From Auanema rhodensis (lineage: Eukaryota; Animalia; Nematoda), in NCBI GenBank assembly GCA_964057225.1, contig CAXKVF010000077.1, positions 620,001 through 684,000 of the forward strand: a stretch of 64,000 nucleotides of DNA. Direction: 5' to 3'. A model generated the notes under the pieces. It ran no database searches and was not told the origin of the DNA. It saw only the letters and a list, made by a program, of their open reading frames with translations. The position numbers and the translations under genes were made by a program. Below, one piece after another: positions 40,481 to 55,269 of this stretch (positions are counted from its first letter, which is position 1; each line of letters starts with the position of its first letter).

Positions 40481-43400
40481 AATCTAATTTTGAAAACCGC
40501 ATCTCTTCATCTTTCACGTGAAGCGAGTTACATACCAAGTGCACATCACGTGTACATTTAATTAGCATAAATTAAAGTTCACGTAAATTTCAAAGTCATG
40601 GTTACCATGCACCAATATCAATAAAAATTTGTTTTTAGACTAATATGGACATGGGGAATCTAATTTTGAAAACCGCATCTCTTTATCTTTCACGTGAAGC
40701 GAGTTACATACCAAGTGCACATCACGTGTACATTTAATTAGCATAAATTAGAGTTCACGTAAATTTCAAAGTCATGGTTACCATGCACCAATATCAATAA
40801 AAATTTGTTTTTAGACTAATATGGACATGGGGAATCTAATTTTGAAAACCGCATCTCTTTATCTTTCACGTGAAGCGAGTTACATACCAAGTGCACATCA
40901 CGTGTACATTTAATTAGCATAAATTAAAGTTCACGTAAATTTCAAAGTCATGGTTACCATGAAGCAATATCAATAAAAATTTGTTTTTAGACTAATATGG
41001 ACATGGGGAATCTAATTTTGAAAACCGCATCTCTTTATCTTTCACGTGAAGCGAGTTACATACCAAGTGCACATCACGTGTACATTTAATTAGCATAAAT
41101 TAAAGTTCACGTAAATTTCAAAGTCATGGTTACCATGAAGCAATATCAATAAAAATTTATTTTTAGACTAATATGGACATGGGGAATCTAATTTTGAAAA
41201 CCGCATCTCTTTATCTTTCACGTGAAGCGAGTTACATACCAAGTGCACATCACGTGTACATTTAATTAGCATAAATTAAAGTTCACGTAAATTTCAAAGT
41301 CATGGTTACCATGAACCAATATCAATAAAAATTTGTTTTTAGACTAATATGGACATGGGGAATCTAATTTTGAAAACCGCATTTCTTTATCTTTCACGTG
41401 AAGCGAGTTACATACCAAGTGCACATCACGTGTACATTTAATTAGCATAAATTAAAGTTCACGTAAATTTCAAAGTCATGGTTACCATGAACCAATATCA
41501 ATAAAAATTTGTTTTTAGACTAATATGGACATGGGGAATCTAATTTTGAAAACCGCATCTCTTTATCTTTCACGTGAAGCGAGTTACATACCAAGTGCAC
41601 ATCACGTGTACATTTAATTAGCATTAATTAAAGTTCACGTAAATTTCAAAGTCATGGTTACCATGAACCAATATCAATAAAAATTTGTTTTTAGACTAAT
41701 ATGGACATGGGGAATCTAATTTTGAAAACCGCATCTCTTTATCTTTCACGTGAAGCGAGTTACATACCAAGTGCACATCACGTGTACATTTAATTAGCAT
41801 AAATTAAAGTTCACGTAAATTTCAAAGTCATGGTTACCATGCACCAATATCAATAAAAATTTGTTTTTAGACTAATATGGACATGGGGAATCTAATTTTG
41901 AAAACCGCATCTCTTTATCTTTCACGTGAAGCGAGTTACATACCAAGTGCACATCACGTGTACATTTAATTAGCATAAATTAAAGTTCACGTAAATTTCA
42001 AAGTCATGGTTACCATGAAGCAATATCAATAAAAATTTGTTTTTAGACTAATATGGACATGGGGAATCTAATTTTGAAAACCGCATCTCTTTATCTTTCA
42101 CGTGAAGCGAGTTACATACCAAGTGCACATCACGTGTACATTTAAGTAGCATAAATTAAAGTTCACGTAAATTTCAAAGTCATGGTTACCATGAACCAAT
42201 ATCAATAAAAATTTGTTTTTAGACTAATATGGACATGGGGAATCTAATTTTGAAAACCGCATCTCTTTATCTTTCACGTGAAGCGAGTTACATACCAAGT
42301 GCACATCACGTGTACATTTAATTAGCATAAATTAAAGTTCACGTAAATTTCAAAGTCATGGTTACCATGAACTAATATCAATAAAAATTTGTTTTTAGAC
42401 TAATATGGACATGGGGAATCTAATTTTGAAAACCGCATCTCTTTATCTTTCACGTGAAGCGAGTTACATACCAAGTGCACATCACGTGTACATTTAATTA
42501 GCATAAATTAAAGTTCACGTAAATTTCAAAGTCATGGTTACCATGAACCAATATCAATAAAAATTTGTTTTTAGACTAATATGGACATGGGGAATCTAAT
42601 TTTGAAAACCGCATCTCTTTATCTTTCACGTGAAGCGAGTTACATACCAAGTGCACATCACGTGTACATTTAATTAGCATAAATTAAAGTTCACGTAAAT
42701 TTCAAAGTCATGGTTACCATGAACTAATATCAATAAAAATTTGTTTTTAGACTAATATGGACATGGGGAATCTAATTTTGAAAACCGCATCTCTTTATCT
42801 TTCACGTGAAGCGAGTTACATACCAAGTGCACATCACGTGTACATTTAATTAGCATAAATTAAAGTTCACGTAAATTTCAAAGTCATGGTTACCATGAAC
42901 CAATATCAATAAAAATTTGTTTTTAGACTAATATGGACATGGGGAATCTAATTTTGAAAACCGCATCTCTTTATCTTTCACGTGAAGCGAGTTACATACC
43001 AAGTGCACATCACGTGTACATTTAATTAGCATAAATTAAAGTTCACGTAAATTTCAAAGTCATGGTTACCATGAACCAATATCAATAAAAATTTGTTTTT
43101 AGACTAATATGGACATGGGGAATCTAATTTTGAAAACCGCATCTCTTTATCTTTCACGTGAAGCGAGTTACATACCAAGTGCACATCACGTGTACATTTA
43201 ATTAGCATAAATTAAAGTTCACGTAAATTTCAAAGTCATGGTTACCATGAACCAATATCAATAAAAATTTGTTTTTAGACTAATATGGACATGGGGAATC
43301 TAATTTTGAAAACCGCATCTCTTTATCTTTCACGTGAAGCGAGTTACATACCAAGTGCACATCACGTGTACATTTAATTAGCATAAATTAAAGTTCACGT

Positions 43401-46400
43401 AAATTTCAAAGTCATGGTTACCATGAACTAATATCAATAAAAATTTGTTTTTAGACTAATATGGACATGGGGAATCTAATTTTGAAAACCGCATCTCTTT
43501 ATCTTTCACGTGAAGCGAGTTACATACCAAGTGCACATCACGTGTACATTTAATTAGCATAAATTAAAGTTCACGTAAATTTCAAAGTCATGGTTACCAT
43601 GAACCAATATCAATAAAAATTTGTTTTTAGACTAATATGGACATGGGGAATCTAATTTTGAAAACCGCATCTCTTTATCTTTCACGTGAAGCGAGTTACA
43701 TACCAAGTGCACATCACGTGTACATTTAATTAGCATAAATTAAAGTTCACGTAAATTTCAAAGTCATGGTTACCATGAACCAATATCAATAAAAATTTGT
43801 TTTTAGACTAATATGGACATGGGGAATCTAATTTTGAAAACCGCATCTCTTCATCTTTCACGTGAAGCGAGTTACATACCAAGTGCACATCACGTGTACA
43901 TTTAATTAGCATAAATTAAAGTTCACGTAAATTTCAAAGTCATGGTTACCATGCACCAATATCAATAAAAATTTGTTTTTAGACTAATATGGACATGGGG
44001 AATCTAATTTTGAAAACCGCATCTCTTTATCTTTCACGTGAAGCGAGTTACATACCAAGTGCACATCACGTGTACATTTAATTAGCATAAATTAGAGTTC
44101 ACGTAAATTTCAAAGTCATGGTTACCATGCACCAATATCAATAAAAATTTGTTTTTAGACTAATATGGACATGGGGAATCTAATTTTGAAAACCGCATCT
44201 CTTTATCTTTCACGTGAAGCGAGTTACATACCAAGTGCACATCACGTGTACATTTAATTAGCATAAATTAAAGTTCACGTAAATTTCAAAGTCATGGTTA
44301 CCATGAAGCAATATCAATAAAAATTTGTTTTTAGACTAATATGGACATGGGGAATCTAATTTTGAAAACCGCATCTCTTTATCTTTCACGTGAAGCGAGT
44401 TACATACCAAGTGCACATCACGTGTACATTTAATTAGCATAAATTAAAGTTCACGTAAATTTCAAAGTCATGGTTACCATGAAGCAATATCAATAAAAAT
44501 TTATTTTTAGACTAATATGGACATGGGGAATCTAATTTTGAAAACCGCATCTCTTTATCTTTCACGTGAAGCGAGTTACATACCAAGTGCACATCACGTG
44601 TACATTTAATTAGCATAAATTAAAGTTCACGTAAATTTCAAAGTCATGGTTACCATGAACCAATATCAATAAAAATTTGTTTTTAGACTAATATGGACAT
44701 GGGGAATCTAATTTTGAAAACCGCATTTCTTTATCTTTCACGTGAAGCGAGTTACATACCAAGTGCACATCACGTGTACATTTAATTAGCATAAATTAAA
44801 GTTCACGTAAATTTCAAAGTCATGGTTACCATGAACCAATATCAATAAAAATTTGTTTTTAGACTAATATGGACATGGGGAATCTAATTTTGAAAACCGC
44901 ATCTCTTTATCTTTCACGTGAAGCGAGTTACATACCAAGTGCACATCACGTGTACATTTAATTAGCATTAATTAAAGTTCACGTAAATTTCAAAGTCATG
45001 GTTACCATGAACCAATATCAATAAAAATTTGTTTTTAGACTAATATGGACATGGGGAATCTAATTTTGAAAACCGCATCTCTTTATCTTTCACGTGAAGC
45101 GAGTTACATACCAAGTGCACATCACGTGTACATTTAATTAGCATAAATTAAAGTTCACGTAAATTTCAAAGTCATGGTTACCATGCACCAATATCAATAA
45201 AAATTTGTTTTTAGACTAATATGGACATGGGGAATCTAATTTTGAAAACCGCATCTCTTTATCTTTCACGTGAAGCGAGTTACATACCAAGTGCACATCA
45301 CGTGTACATTTAATTAGCATAAATTAAAGTTCACGTAAATTTCAAAGTCATGGTTACCATGAAGCAATATCAATAAAAATTTGTTTTTAGACTAATATGG
45401 ACATGGGGAATCTAATTTTGAAAACCGCATCTCTTTATCTTTCACGTGAAGCGAGTTACATACCAAGTGCACATCACGTGTACATTTAAGTAGCATAAAT
45501 TAAAGTTCACGTAAATTTCAAAGTCATGGTTACCATGAACCAATATCAATAAAAATTTGTTTTTAGACTAATATGGACATGGGGAATCTAATTTTGAAAA
45601 CCGCATCTCTTTATCTTTCACGTGAAGCGAGTTACATACCAAGTGCACATCACGTGTACATTTAATTAGCATAAATTAAAGTTCACGTAAATTTCAAAGT
45701 CATGGTTACCATGAACTAATATCAATAAAAATTTGTTTTTAGACTAATATGGACATGGGGAATCTAATTTTGAAAACCGCATCTCTTTATCTTTCACGTG
45801 AAGCGAGTTACATACCAAGTGCACATCACGTGTACATTTAATTAGCATAAATTAAAGTTCACGTAAATTTCAAAGTCATGGTTACCATGAACCAATATCA
45901 ATAAAAATTTGTTTTTAGACTAATATGGACATGGGGAATCTAATTTTGAAAACCGCATCTCTTTATCTTTCACGTGAAGCGAGTTACATACCAAGTGCAC
46001 ATCACGTGTACATTTAATTAGCATAAATTAAAGTTCACGTAAATTTCAAAGTCATGGTTACCATGAACTAATATCAATAAAAATTTGTTTTTAGACTAAT
46101 ATGGACATGGGGAATCTAATTTTGAAAACCGCATCTCTTTATCTTTCACGTGAAGCGAGTTACATACCAAGTGCACATCACGTGTACATTTAATTAGCAT
46201 AAATTAAAGTTCACGTAAATTTCAAAGTCATGGTTACCATGAACCAATATCAATAAAAATTTGTTTTTAGACTAATATGGACATGGGGAATCTAATTTTG
46301 AAAACCGCATCTCTTTATCTTTCACGTGAAGCGAGTTACATACCAAGTGCACATCACGTGTACATTTAATTAGCATAAATTAAAGTTCACGTAAATTTCA

Positions 46401-47120
46401 AAGTCATGGTTACCATGAACCAATATCAATAAAAATTTGTTTTTAGACTAATATGGACATGGGGAATCTAATTTTGAAAACCGCATCTCTTTATCTTTCA
46501 CGTGAAGCGAGTTACATACCAAGTGCACATCACGTGTACATTTAATTAGCATAAATTAAAGTTCACGTAAATTTCAAAGTCATGGTTACCATGAACCAAT
46601 ATCAATAAAAATTTGTTTTTAGACTAATATGGACATGGGGAATCTAATTTTGAAAACCGCATCTCTTTATCTTTCACGTGAAGCGAGTTACATACCAAGT
46701 GCACATCACGTGTACATTTAATTAGCATAAATTAAAGTTCACGTAAATTTCAAAGTCATGGTTACCATGAACTAATATCAATAAAAATTTGTTTTTAGAC
46801 TAATATGGACATGGGGAATCTAATTTTGAAAACCGCATCTCTTTATCTTTCACGTGAAGCGAGTTACATACCAAGTGCACATCACGTGTACATTTAATTA
46901 GCATAAATTAAAGTTCACGTAAATTTCAAAGTCATGGTTACCATGAACCAATATCAATAAAAATTTGTTTTTAGACTAATATGGACATGGGGAATCTAAT
47001 TTTGAAAACCGCATCTCTTTATCTTTCACGTGAAGCGAGTTACATACCAAGTGCACATCACGTGTACATTTAATTAGCATAAATTAAAGTTCACGTAAAT
47101 TTCAAAGTCATGGTTACCAT
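40481..47120. repeat. 19-monomer (3344 bp) tandem duplication
   Basis: Five private SNPs (ttaGagttc 40751/44095, tttAttttt, gcatTtct, gcatTaatt, ttaaGtagc) each occur twice, 3344 bp apart, with identical allele order in between. Confidence 0.93.
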
Positions 47121-50100
47121 GAAGCAATATCAATAAAAATTTGTTTTTAGACTAATATGGACATGGGGAATCTAATTTTGAAAACCGCATCTCTTTATCT
47201 TTCACGTGAAGCGAGTTACATACCAAGTGCACATCACGTGTACATTTAATTAGCATAAATTAAAGTTCACGTAAATTTCAAAGTCATGGTTACCATGAAC
47301 CAATATCAATAAAAATTTGTTTTTAGACTAATATGGACATGGGGAATCTAATTTTGAAAACCGCATCTCTTTATCTTTCACGTGAAGCGAGTTACATACC
47401 AAGTGCACATCACGTGTACATTTAATTAGCATAAATTAAAGTTCACGTAAATTTCAAAGTCATGGTTACCATGCACCAATATCAATAAAAATTTGTTTTT
47501 AGACTAATATGGACATGGGGAATCTAATTTTGAAAACCGCATCTCTTTATCTTTCACGTGAAGCGAGTTACATACCAAGTGCACATCACGTGTACATTTA
47601 ATTAGCATAAATTAAAGTTCACGTAAATTTCAAAGTCATGGTTACCATGAACCAATATCAATAAAAATTTGTTTTTAGACTAATATGGACATGGGGAATT
47701 TAATTTTGAAAACCGCATCTCTTCATCTTTCACGTGAAGCGAGTTACATACCAAGTGCACATCACGTGTACATTTAATTAGCATAAATTAAAGTTCACGT
47801 AAATTTCAAAGTCATGGTTACCATGCACCAATATCAATAAAAATTTGTTTTTAGACTAATATGGACATGGGGAATCTAATTTTGAAAACCGCATCTCTTT
47901 TTCTTTCACGTGAAGCGAGTTACATACCAAGTGCACATCACGTGTACATTTAATTAGCATAAATTAAAGTTCACGTAAATTTCAAAGTCATGGTTACCAT
48001 GCACCAATATCAATCAAAATTTGTTTTTAGACTAATATGGACATGGGGAATCTAATTTTGAAAACCGCATCTCTTTATCTTTCACGTGAAGCGAGTTACA
48101 TACCAAGTGCACATCACGTGTACAATTAATTAGCATAAATTAAAGTTCACGTAAATTTCAAAGTCATGGTTACCATGAAGCAATATCAATAAAAATTTGT
48201 TTTTAGACTAATATGGACATGGGGAATCTAATTTTGAAAACCGCATCTCTTTATCTTTCACGTGAAGCGAGTTACATACCAAGTGCACATCACGTGTACA
48301 TTAAATTAGCATAAATTAAAGTTCACGTAAATTTCAAAGTCATGGTTACCATGAAGCAATATCAATAAAAATTTGTTTTTAGACTAATATGGACATGGGG
48401 AATCTAATTTTGAAAACCGCATCTCTTTATCTTTCACGTGAAGCGAGTTACATACCAAGTGCACATTACGTGTACATTTAATTAGCATAAATTAAAGTTC
48501 ACGTAAATTTCAAAGTCATGGTTACCATGAACCAATATCAATAAAAATTTGTTTTTAGACTAATATGGACATGGGGAATCTAATTTTGAAAACCGCATCT
48601 CTTTATCTTTCACGTGAAGCGAGTTACATACCAAGTGCACATCACGTGTACATTTAATTAGCATAAATTAAAGTTCACGTAAATTTCAAAGTCATGGTTA
48701 CCATGCACCAATATCAATAAAAATTTGTTTTTAGACTAATATGGACATGGGGAATCTAATTTTGAAAACCGCATCTCTTTATCTTTCACGTGAAGCGAGT
48801 TACATACCAAGTGCACATCACGTGTACATTTAATTAGCATAAATTAAAGTTCACGTAAATTTCAAAGTCATGGTTACCATGAACCAATATCAATAAAAAT
48901 TTGTTTTTAGACTAATATGGACATGGGGAATCTAATTTTGAAAACCGCATCTCTTTATCTTTCACGTGAAGCGAGTTACATACCAAGTGCACATCACGTG
49001 TACATTTAATTAGCATAAATTAAAGTTCACGTAAATTTCAAAGTCATGGTTACCATGAACCAATATCAATAAAAATTTGTTTTTAGACTAATATGGACAT
49101 GGGGAATCTAATTTTGAAAACCGCATCTCTTTATCTTTCACGTGAAGCGAGTTACATACCAAGTGCACATCACGTGTACATTTAATTAGCATAAATTAAA
49201 GTTCACGTAAATTTCAAAGTCATGGTTACCATGAACCAATATCAATAAAAATTTGTTTTTAGACTAATATGGACATGGGGAATCTAATTTTGAAAACCGC
49301 ATCTCTTTATCTTTCACGTGAAGCGAGTTACATACCAAGTGCACATCACGTGTACATTTAATTAGCATAAATTAAAGTTCACGTAAATTTCAAAGTCATG
49401 GTTACCATGCACCAATATCAATAAAAATTTGTTTTTAGACTAATATGGACATGGGGAATCTAATTTTGAAAACCGCATCTCTTTATCTTTCACGTGAAGC
49501 GAGTTACATACCAAGTGCACATCACGTGTACATTTAATTAGCATAAATTAAAGTTCACGTAAATTTCAAAGTCATGGTTACCATGAACCAATATCAATAA
49601 AAATTTGTTTTTAGACTAATATGGACATGGGGAATTTAATTTTGAAAACCGCATCTCTTCATCTTTCACGTGAAGCGAGTTACATACCAAGTGCACATCA
49701 CGTGTACATTTAATTAGCATAAATTAAAGTTCACGTAAATTTCAAAGTCATGGTTACCATGCACCAATATCAATAAAAATTTGTTTTTAGACTAATATGG
49801 ACATGGGGAATCTAATTTTGAAAACCGCATCTCTTTTTCTTTCACGTGAAGCGAGTTACATACCAAGTGCACATCACGTGTACATTTAATTAGCATAAAT
49901 TAAAGTTCACGTAAATTTCAAAGTCATGGTTACCATGCACCAATATCAATCAAAATTTGTTTTTAGACTAATATGGACATGGGGAATCTAATTTTGAAAA
50001 CCGCATCTCTTTATCTTTCACGTGAAGCGAGTTACATACCAAGTGCACATCACGTGTACAATTAATTAGCATAAATTAAAGTTCACGTAAATTTCAAAGT

Positions 50101-53100
50101 CATGGTTACCATGAAGCAATATCAATAAAAATTTGTTTTTAGACTAATATGGACATGGGGAATCTAATTTTGAAAACCGCATCTCTTTATCTTTCACGTG
50201 AAGCGAGTTACATACCAAGTGCACATCACGTGTACATTTAATTAGCATAAATTAAAGTTCACGTAAATTTCAAAGTCATGGTTACCATGAACCAATATCA
50301 ATAAAAATTTGTTTTTAGACTAATATGGACATGGGGAATCTAATTTTGAAAACCGCATCTCTTTATCTTTCACGTGAAGCGAGTTACATACCAAGTGCAC
50401 ATCACGTGTACATTTAATTAGCATAAATTAAAGTTCACGTAAATTTCAAAGTCATGGTTACCATGCACCAATATCAATAAAAATTTGTTTTTAGACTAAT
50501 ATGGACATGGGGAATCTAATTTTGAAAACCGCATCTCTTTATCTTTCACGTGAAGCGAGTTACATACCAAGTGCACATCACGTGTACATTTAATTAGCAT
50601 AAATTAAAGTTCACGTAAATTTCAAAGTCATGGTTACCATGAACCAATATCAATGAAAATTTGTTTTTAGACTAATATGGACATGGGGAATCTAATTTTG
50701 AAAACCGCATCTCTTTATCTTTCATGTGAAGCGAGTTACATACCAAGTGCACATCACGTGTACATTTAATTAGCATAAATTAAAGTTCACGTAAAATTCA
50801 AAGTCATGGTTACCATGCACCAATATCGATAAAAATTTGTTTTTAGACTAATATGGACATGGGGAATCTAATTTTGAAAACCGCATCTCTTTATCGTTCA
50901 CGTGAAGCGAGTTACATACCAAGTGCACATCACGTGTACATTTAATTAGCATAAATTAAAGTTCACGTAAATTTCAAAGTCATGGTTACCATGCACCAAT
51001 ATCGATAAAAATTTGTTTTTAGACTAATATGGACATGGGGAATCTAATTTTGAAAACCGCATCTCTTTATCTTTCACGTGAAGCGAGTTACATACCAAGT
51101 GCACATCACGTGTACATTTAATTAGCATAAATTAAAGTTCACGTAAATTTCAAAGTCATGGTTACCATGAAGCAATATCAATAAAAATTTGTTTTTAGAC
51201 TAATATGGACATGGGGAATCTAATTTTGAAAACCGCATCTCTTTATCTTTCACGTGAAGCGAGTTACATACCAAGTGCACATCACGTGTACATTTAATTA
51301 GCATAAATTAAAGTTCACGTAAATTTCAAAGTCATGGTTACCATGCACCAATATCAATAAAAATTTGTTTTTGACTAATATGGACATGGGGAATCTAATT
51401 TTGGAAACCGCATCTCTTTATCTTTCACGTGAAGCGAGTTACATACCAAGTGCACATCACGTGTACATTCAATTAGCATAAATTAAAGTTCACGTAAATT
51501 TCAAATTCATATGGTTACCATGCACCAATATCAATAAAAATTTGTTTTTAGACTAATATGGACATGGGGAATCTAATTTTGAAAACCGCATCTCTTTATC
51601 TTTCACGTGAAGCGAGTTACATACCAAGTGCACATCACGTGTACATTTAATTAGCATAAATTAAAGTTCACGTAAATTTCAAAGTCATGGTTACCATGAA
51701 GCAATATCAATAAAAATTTGTTTTTAGACTAATATGGACATGGGGAATCTAATTTTGAAAACCGCATCTCTTTATCTTTCACGTGAAGCGAGTTACATAC
51801 CAAGTGCACATCACGTGTACATTTAATTAGCATAAATTAAAGTTCACGTAAATTTCAAAGTCATGGTTACCATGAACCAATATCAATAAAAATTTGTTTT
51901 TAGACTAATATGCACATGGGGAATCTAATTTTGAAAACCGCATCTCTTTATCTTTCACGTGAAGCGAGTTACATACCAAGTGCACATCACGTGTACATTT
52001 AATTAGCATAAATTAAAGTTCACGTAAATTTCAAAGTCATGGTTACCATGAACCAATATCAATAAAAATTTGTTTTTAGACTAATATGGACATGGGGAAT
52101 CTAATTTTTAAAACCGAATCTCTTTATCTTTCACGTGAAGCGAGTTACATACCAAGTGCACATCACGTGTACATTTAATTAGCATAAATTAAAGTTCACG
52201 TAAATTTCAAAGTCATGGTTACCATGCACCAATATCAATAAAAATTTGTTTTTAGACTAATATGGACATGGGGAATCTAATTTTGAAAACCGCATCTCTT
52301 TATCTTTCACGTGAAGCGAGTTACATACCAAGTGCACATCACGTGTACATTTAATTAGCATAAATTAAAGTTCACGTAAATTTCAAAGTCATGGTTACCA
52401 TGAAGCAATATCAATAAAAATTTGTTTTTAGACTAATATGGACATGGGGAATCTAATTTTGAAAACTGCATCTCTTTATCTTTCACGTGAAGCGAGTTAC
52501 ATACCAAGTGCACATCACGTGTACATTTAATTAGCATAAATTAAAGTTCACGTAAATTTCAAAGTCATGGTTACCATGAACCAATATCAATAAAAATTTG
52601 TTTTTAGACTAATATGGACATGGGGAATCTAATTTTGAAAACCGCATCTTTTCATCTTTCACGTGAAGCGAGTTACATACCAAGTGCACATCACGTGTAC
52701 ATTTAATTAGCATAAATTAAAGTTCACGTAAATTTCAAAGTCATGGTTACCATGCACCAATATCAATAAAAATTTGTTTTTAGACTAATATGGACATGGG
52801 GAATCTAATTTTGAAAACCGCATCTCTTTATCTTTCATGTGAAGCGAGTTACATACCAAGTGCACATCACGTGTACATTTAATTAGCATAAATTAAAGTT
52901 CACGTAAATTTCAAAGTCATGGTTACCATGCACCAATATCAATAAAAATTTGTTTTTAGACTAATATGGACATGGGGAATCTAATTTTGAAAACCGCATC
53001 TCTTTATCTTTCATGTGAAGCGAGTTACATACCAAGTGCACATCACGTGTACATTTAATTAGCATAAATTAAAGTTCACGTAAATTTCAAAGTCATGGTT

Positions 53101-55269
53101 ACCATGCACCAATATCAATAAAAATTTGTTTTTAGACTAATATGGACTTGGGGAATCTAATTTTGAAAACCGCATCTTTTCATCTTTCACGTGAAGCGAG
53201 TTACATACCAAGTGCACATCACGTGTACATTTAATTAGCATAAATTAAAGTTCACGTAAAATTCAAAGTCATATGGTTACCATGCACCAATATCAATAAA
53301 AATTTGTTTTTAGACTAATATGGACATGGGGAATCTAATTTTGAAAACCGCATCTCTTTATCTTTCACGTGAAGCGAGTTACATACCAAGTGCACATCAC
53401 GTGTACATTTAATTAGCATAAATTAAAGTTCACGTAAATTTCAAAGTCATGGTTACCATGAAGCAATATCAATAAAAATTTGTTTTTAGACTAATATGGA
53501 CATGGGGAATCTAATTTTGAAAACTGCATCTCTTTATCTTTCACGTGAAGCGAGTTACATACCAAGTGCACATCACGTGTACATTTAATTAGCATAAATT
53601 AAAGTTCACGTAAATTTCAAAGTCATGGTTACCATGAACCAATATCAATAATAATTTGTTTTTAGACTAATATGGACATGGGGAATCTAATTTTGAAAAC
53701 CGCATCTCTTTATCTTTCACGTGAAGCGAGTTACATACCAAGTGCACATCACGTGTACATTCAATTAGCATAAGTTAAAGTTCACGTAAATTTCAAATTC
53801 ATATGGTTACCATGCACCAATATCAATAAAAATTTGTTTTTAGACTAATATGGACATGGGGAATCTAATTTTGAAAACCGCATCTCTTTATCTTTCACGT
53901 GAAGCGAGTTACATACCAAGTGCACATCACGTGTACATTTAATTAGCATAAATTAAAGTTCACGTAAATTTCAAAGTCATGGTTACCATGAAGCAATATC
54001 AATAAAAATTTGTTTTTAGACTAATATGGACATGGGGAATCTAATTTTGAAAACCGCATCTCTTTATCTTTCACGTGAAGCGAGTTACATACCAAGTGCA
54101 CATCACGTGTACATTTAATTAGCATAAATTAAAGTTCACGTAAATTTCAAAGTCATGGTTACCATGAACCAATATCAATAAAAATTTGTTTTTAGACTAA
54201 TATGGACATGGGGAATCTAATTTTGAAAACTGCATCTCTTTATCTTTCACGTGAAGCGAGTTACATACCAAGTGCACATCACGTGTACATTTAATTAGCA
54301 TAAATTAAAGTTCACGTAAATTTCAAAGTCATGGTTACCATGAACCAATATCAATAAAAATTTGTTTTTAGACTAATATGGACATGGGGAATCTAATTTT
54401 GAAAACCGCATCTTTTCATCTTTCACGTGAAGCGAGTTACATACCAAGTGCACATCACGTGTACATTTAATTAGCATAAATTAAAGTTCACGTAAATTTC
54501 AAAGTCATGGTTACCATGCACCAATATCAATAAAAATTTGTTTTTAGACTAATATGGACATGGGGAATCTAATTTTGAAAACCGCATCTCTTTATCTTTC
54601 ATGTGAAGCGAGTTACATACCAAGTGCACATCACGTGTACATTTAATTAGCATAAATTAAAGTTCACGTAAATTTCAAAGTCATGGTTACCATGCACCAA
54701 TATCAATAAAAATTTGTTTTTAGACTAATATGGACATGGGGAATCTAATTTTGAAAACCGCATCTCTTTATCTTTTATGTGAAGCGAGTTACATACCAAG
54801 TGCACATCACGTGTACATTTAATTAGCATAAATTAAAGTTCACGTAAATTTCAAAGTCATGGTTACCATGCACCAATATCAATAAAAATTTGTTTTTAGA
54901 CTAATATGGACATGGGGAATCTAATTTTGAAAACCGCATCTTTTCATCTTTCACGTGAAGCGAGTTACATACCAAGTGCACATCACGTGTACATTTAATT
55001 AGCATAAATTAAAGTTCACGTAAATTTCAAAGTCATGGTTACCATGAACCAATATCAATGAAAATTTGTTTTTAGACTAATATGGACATGGGGAATCTAA
55101 TTTTGAAAACCGCATCTCTTTATCTTTCATGTGAAGCGAGTTACATACCAAGTGCACATCACGTGTACATTTAATTAGCATAAATTAAAGTTCACGTAAA
55201 ATTCAAAGTCATGGTTACCATGCACCAATATCGATAAAAATTTGTTTTTAGACTAATATGGACATGGGG

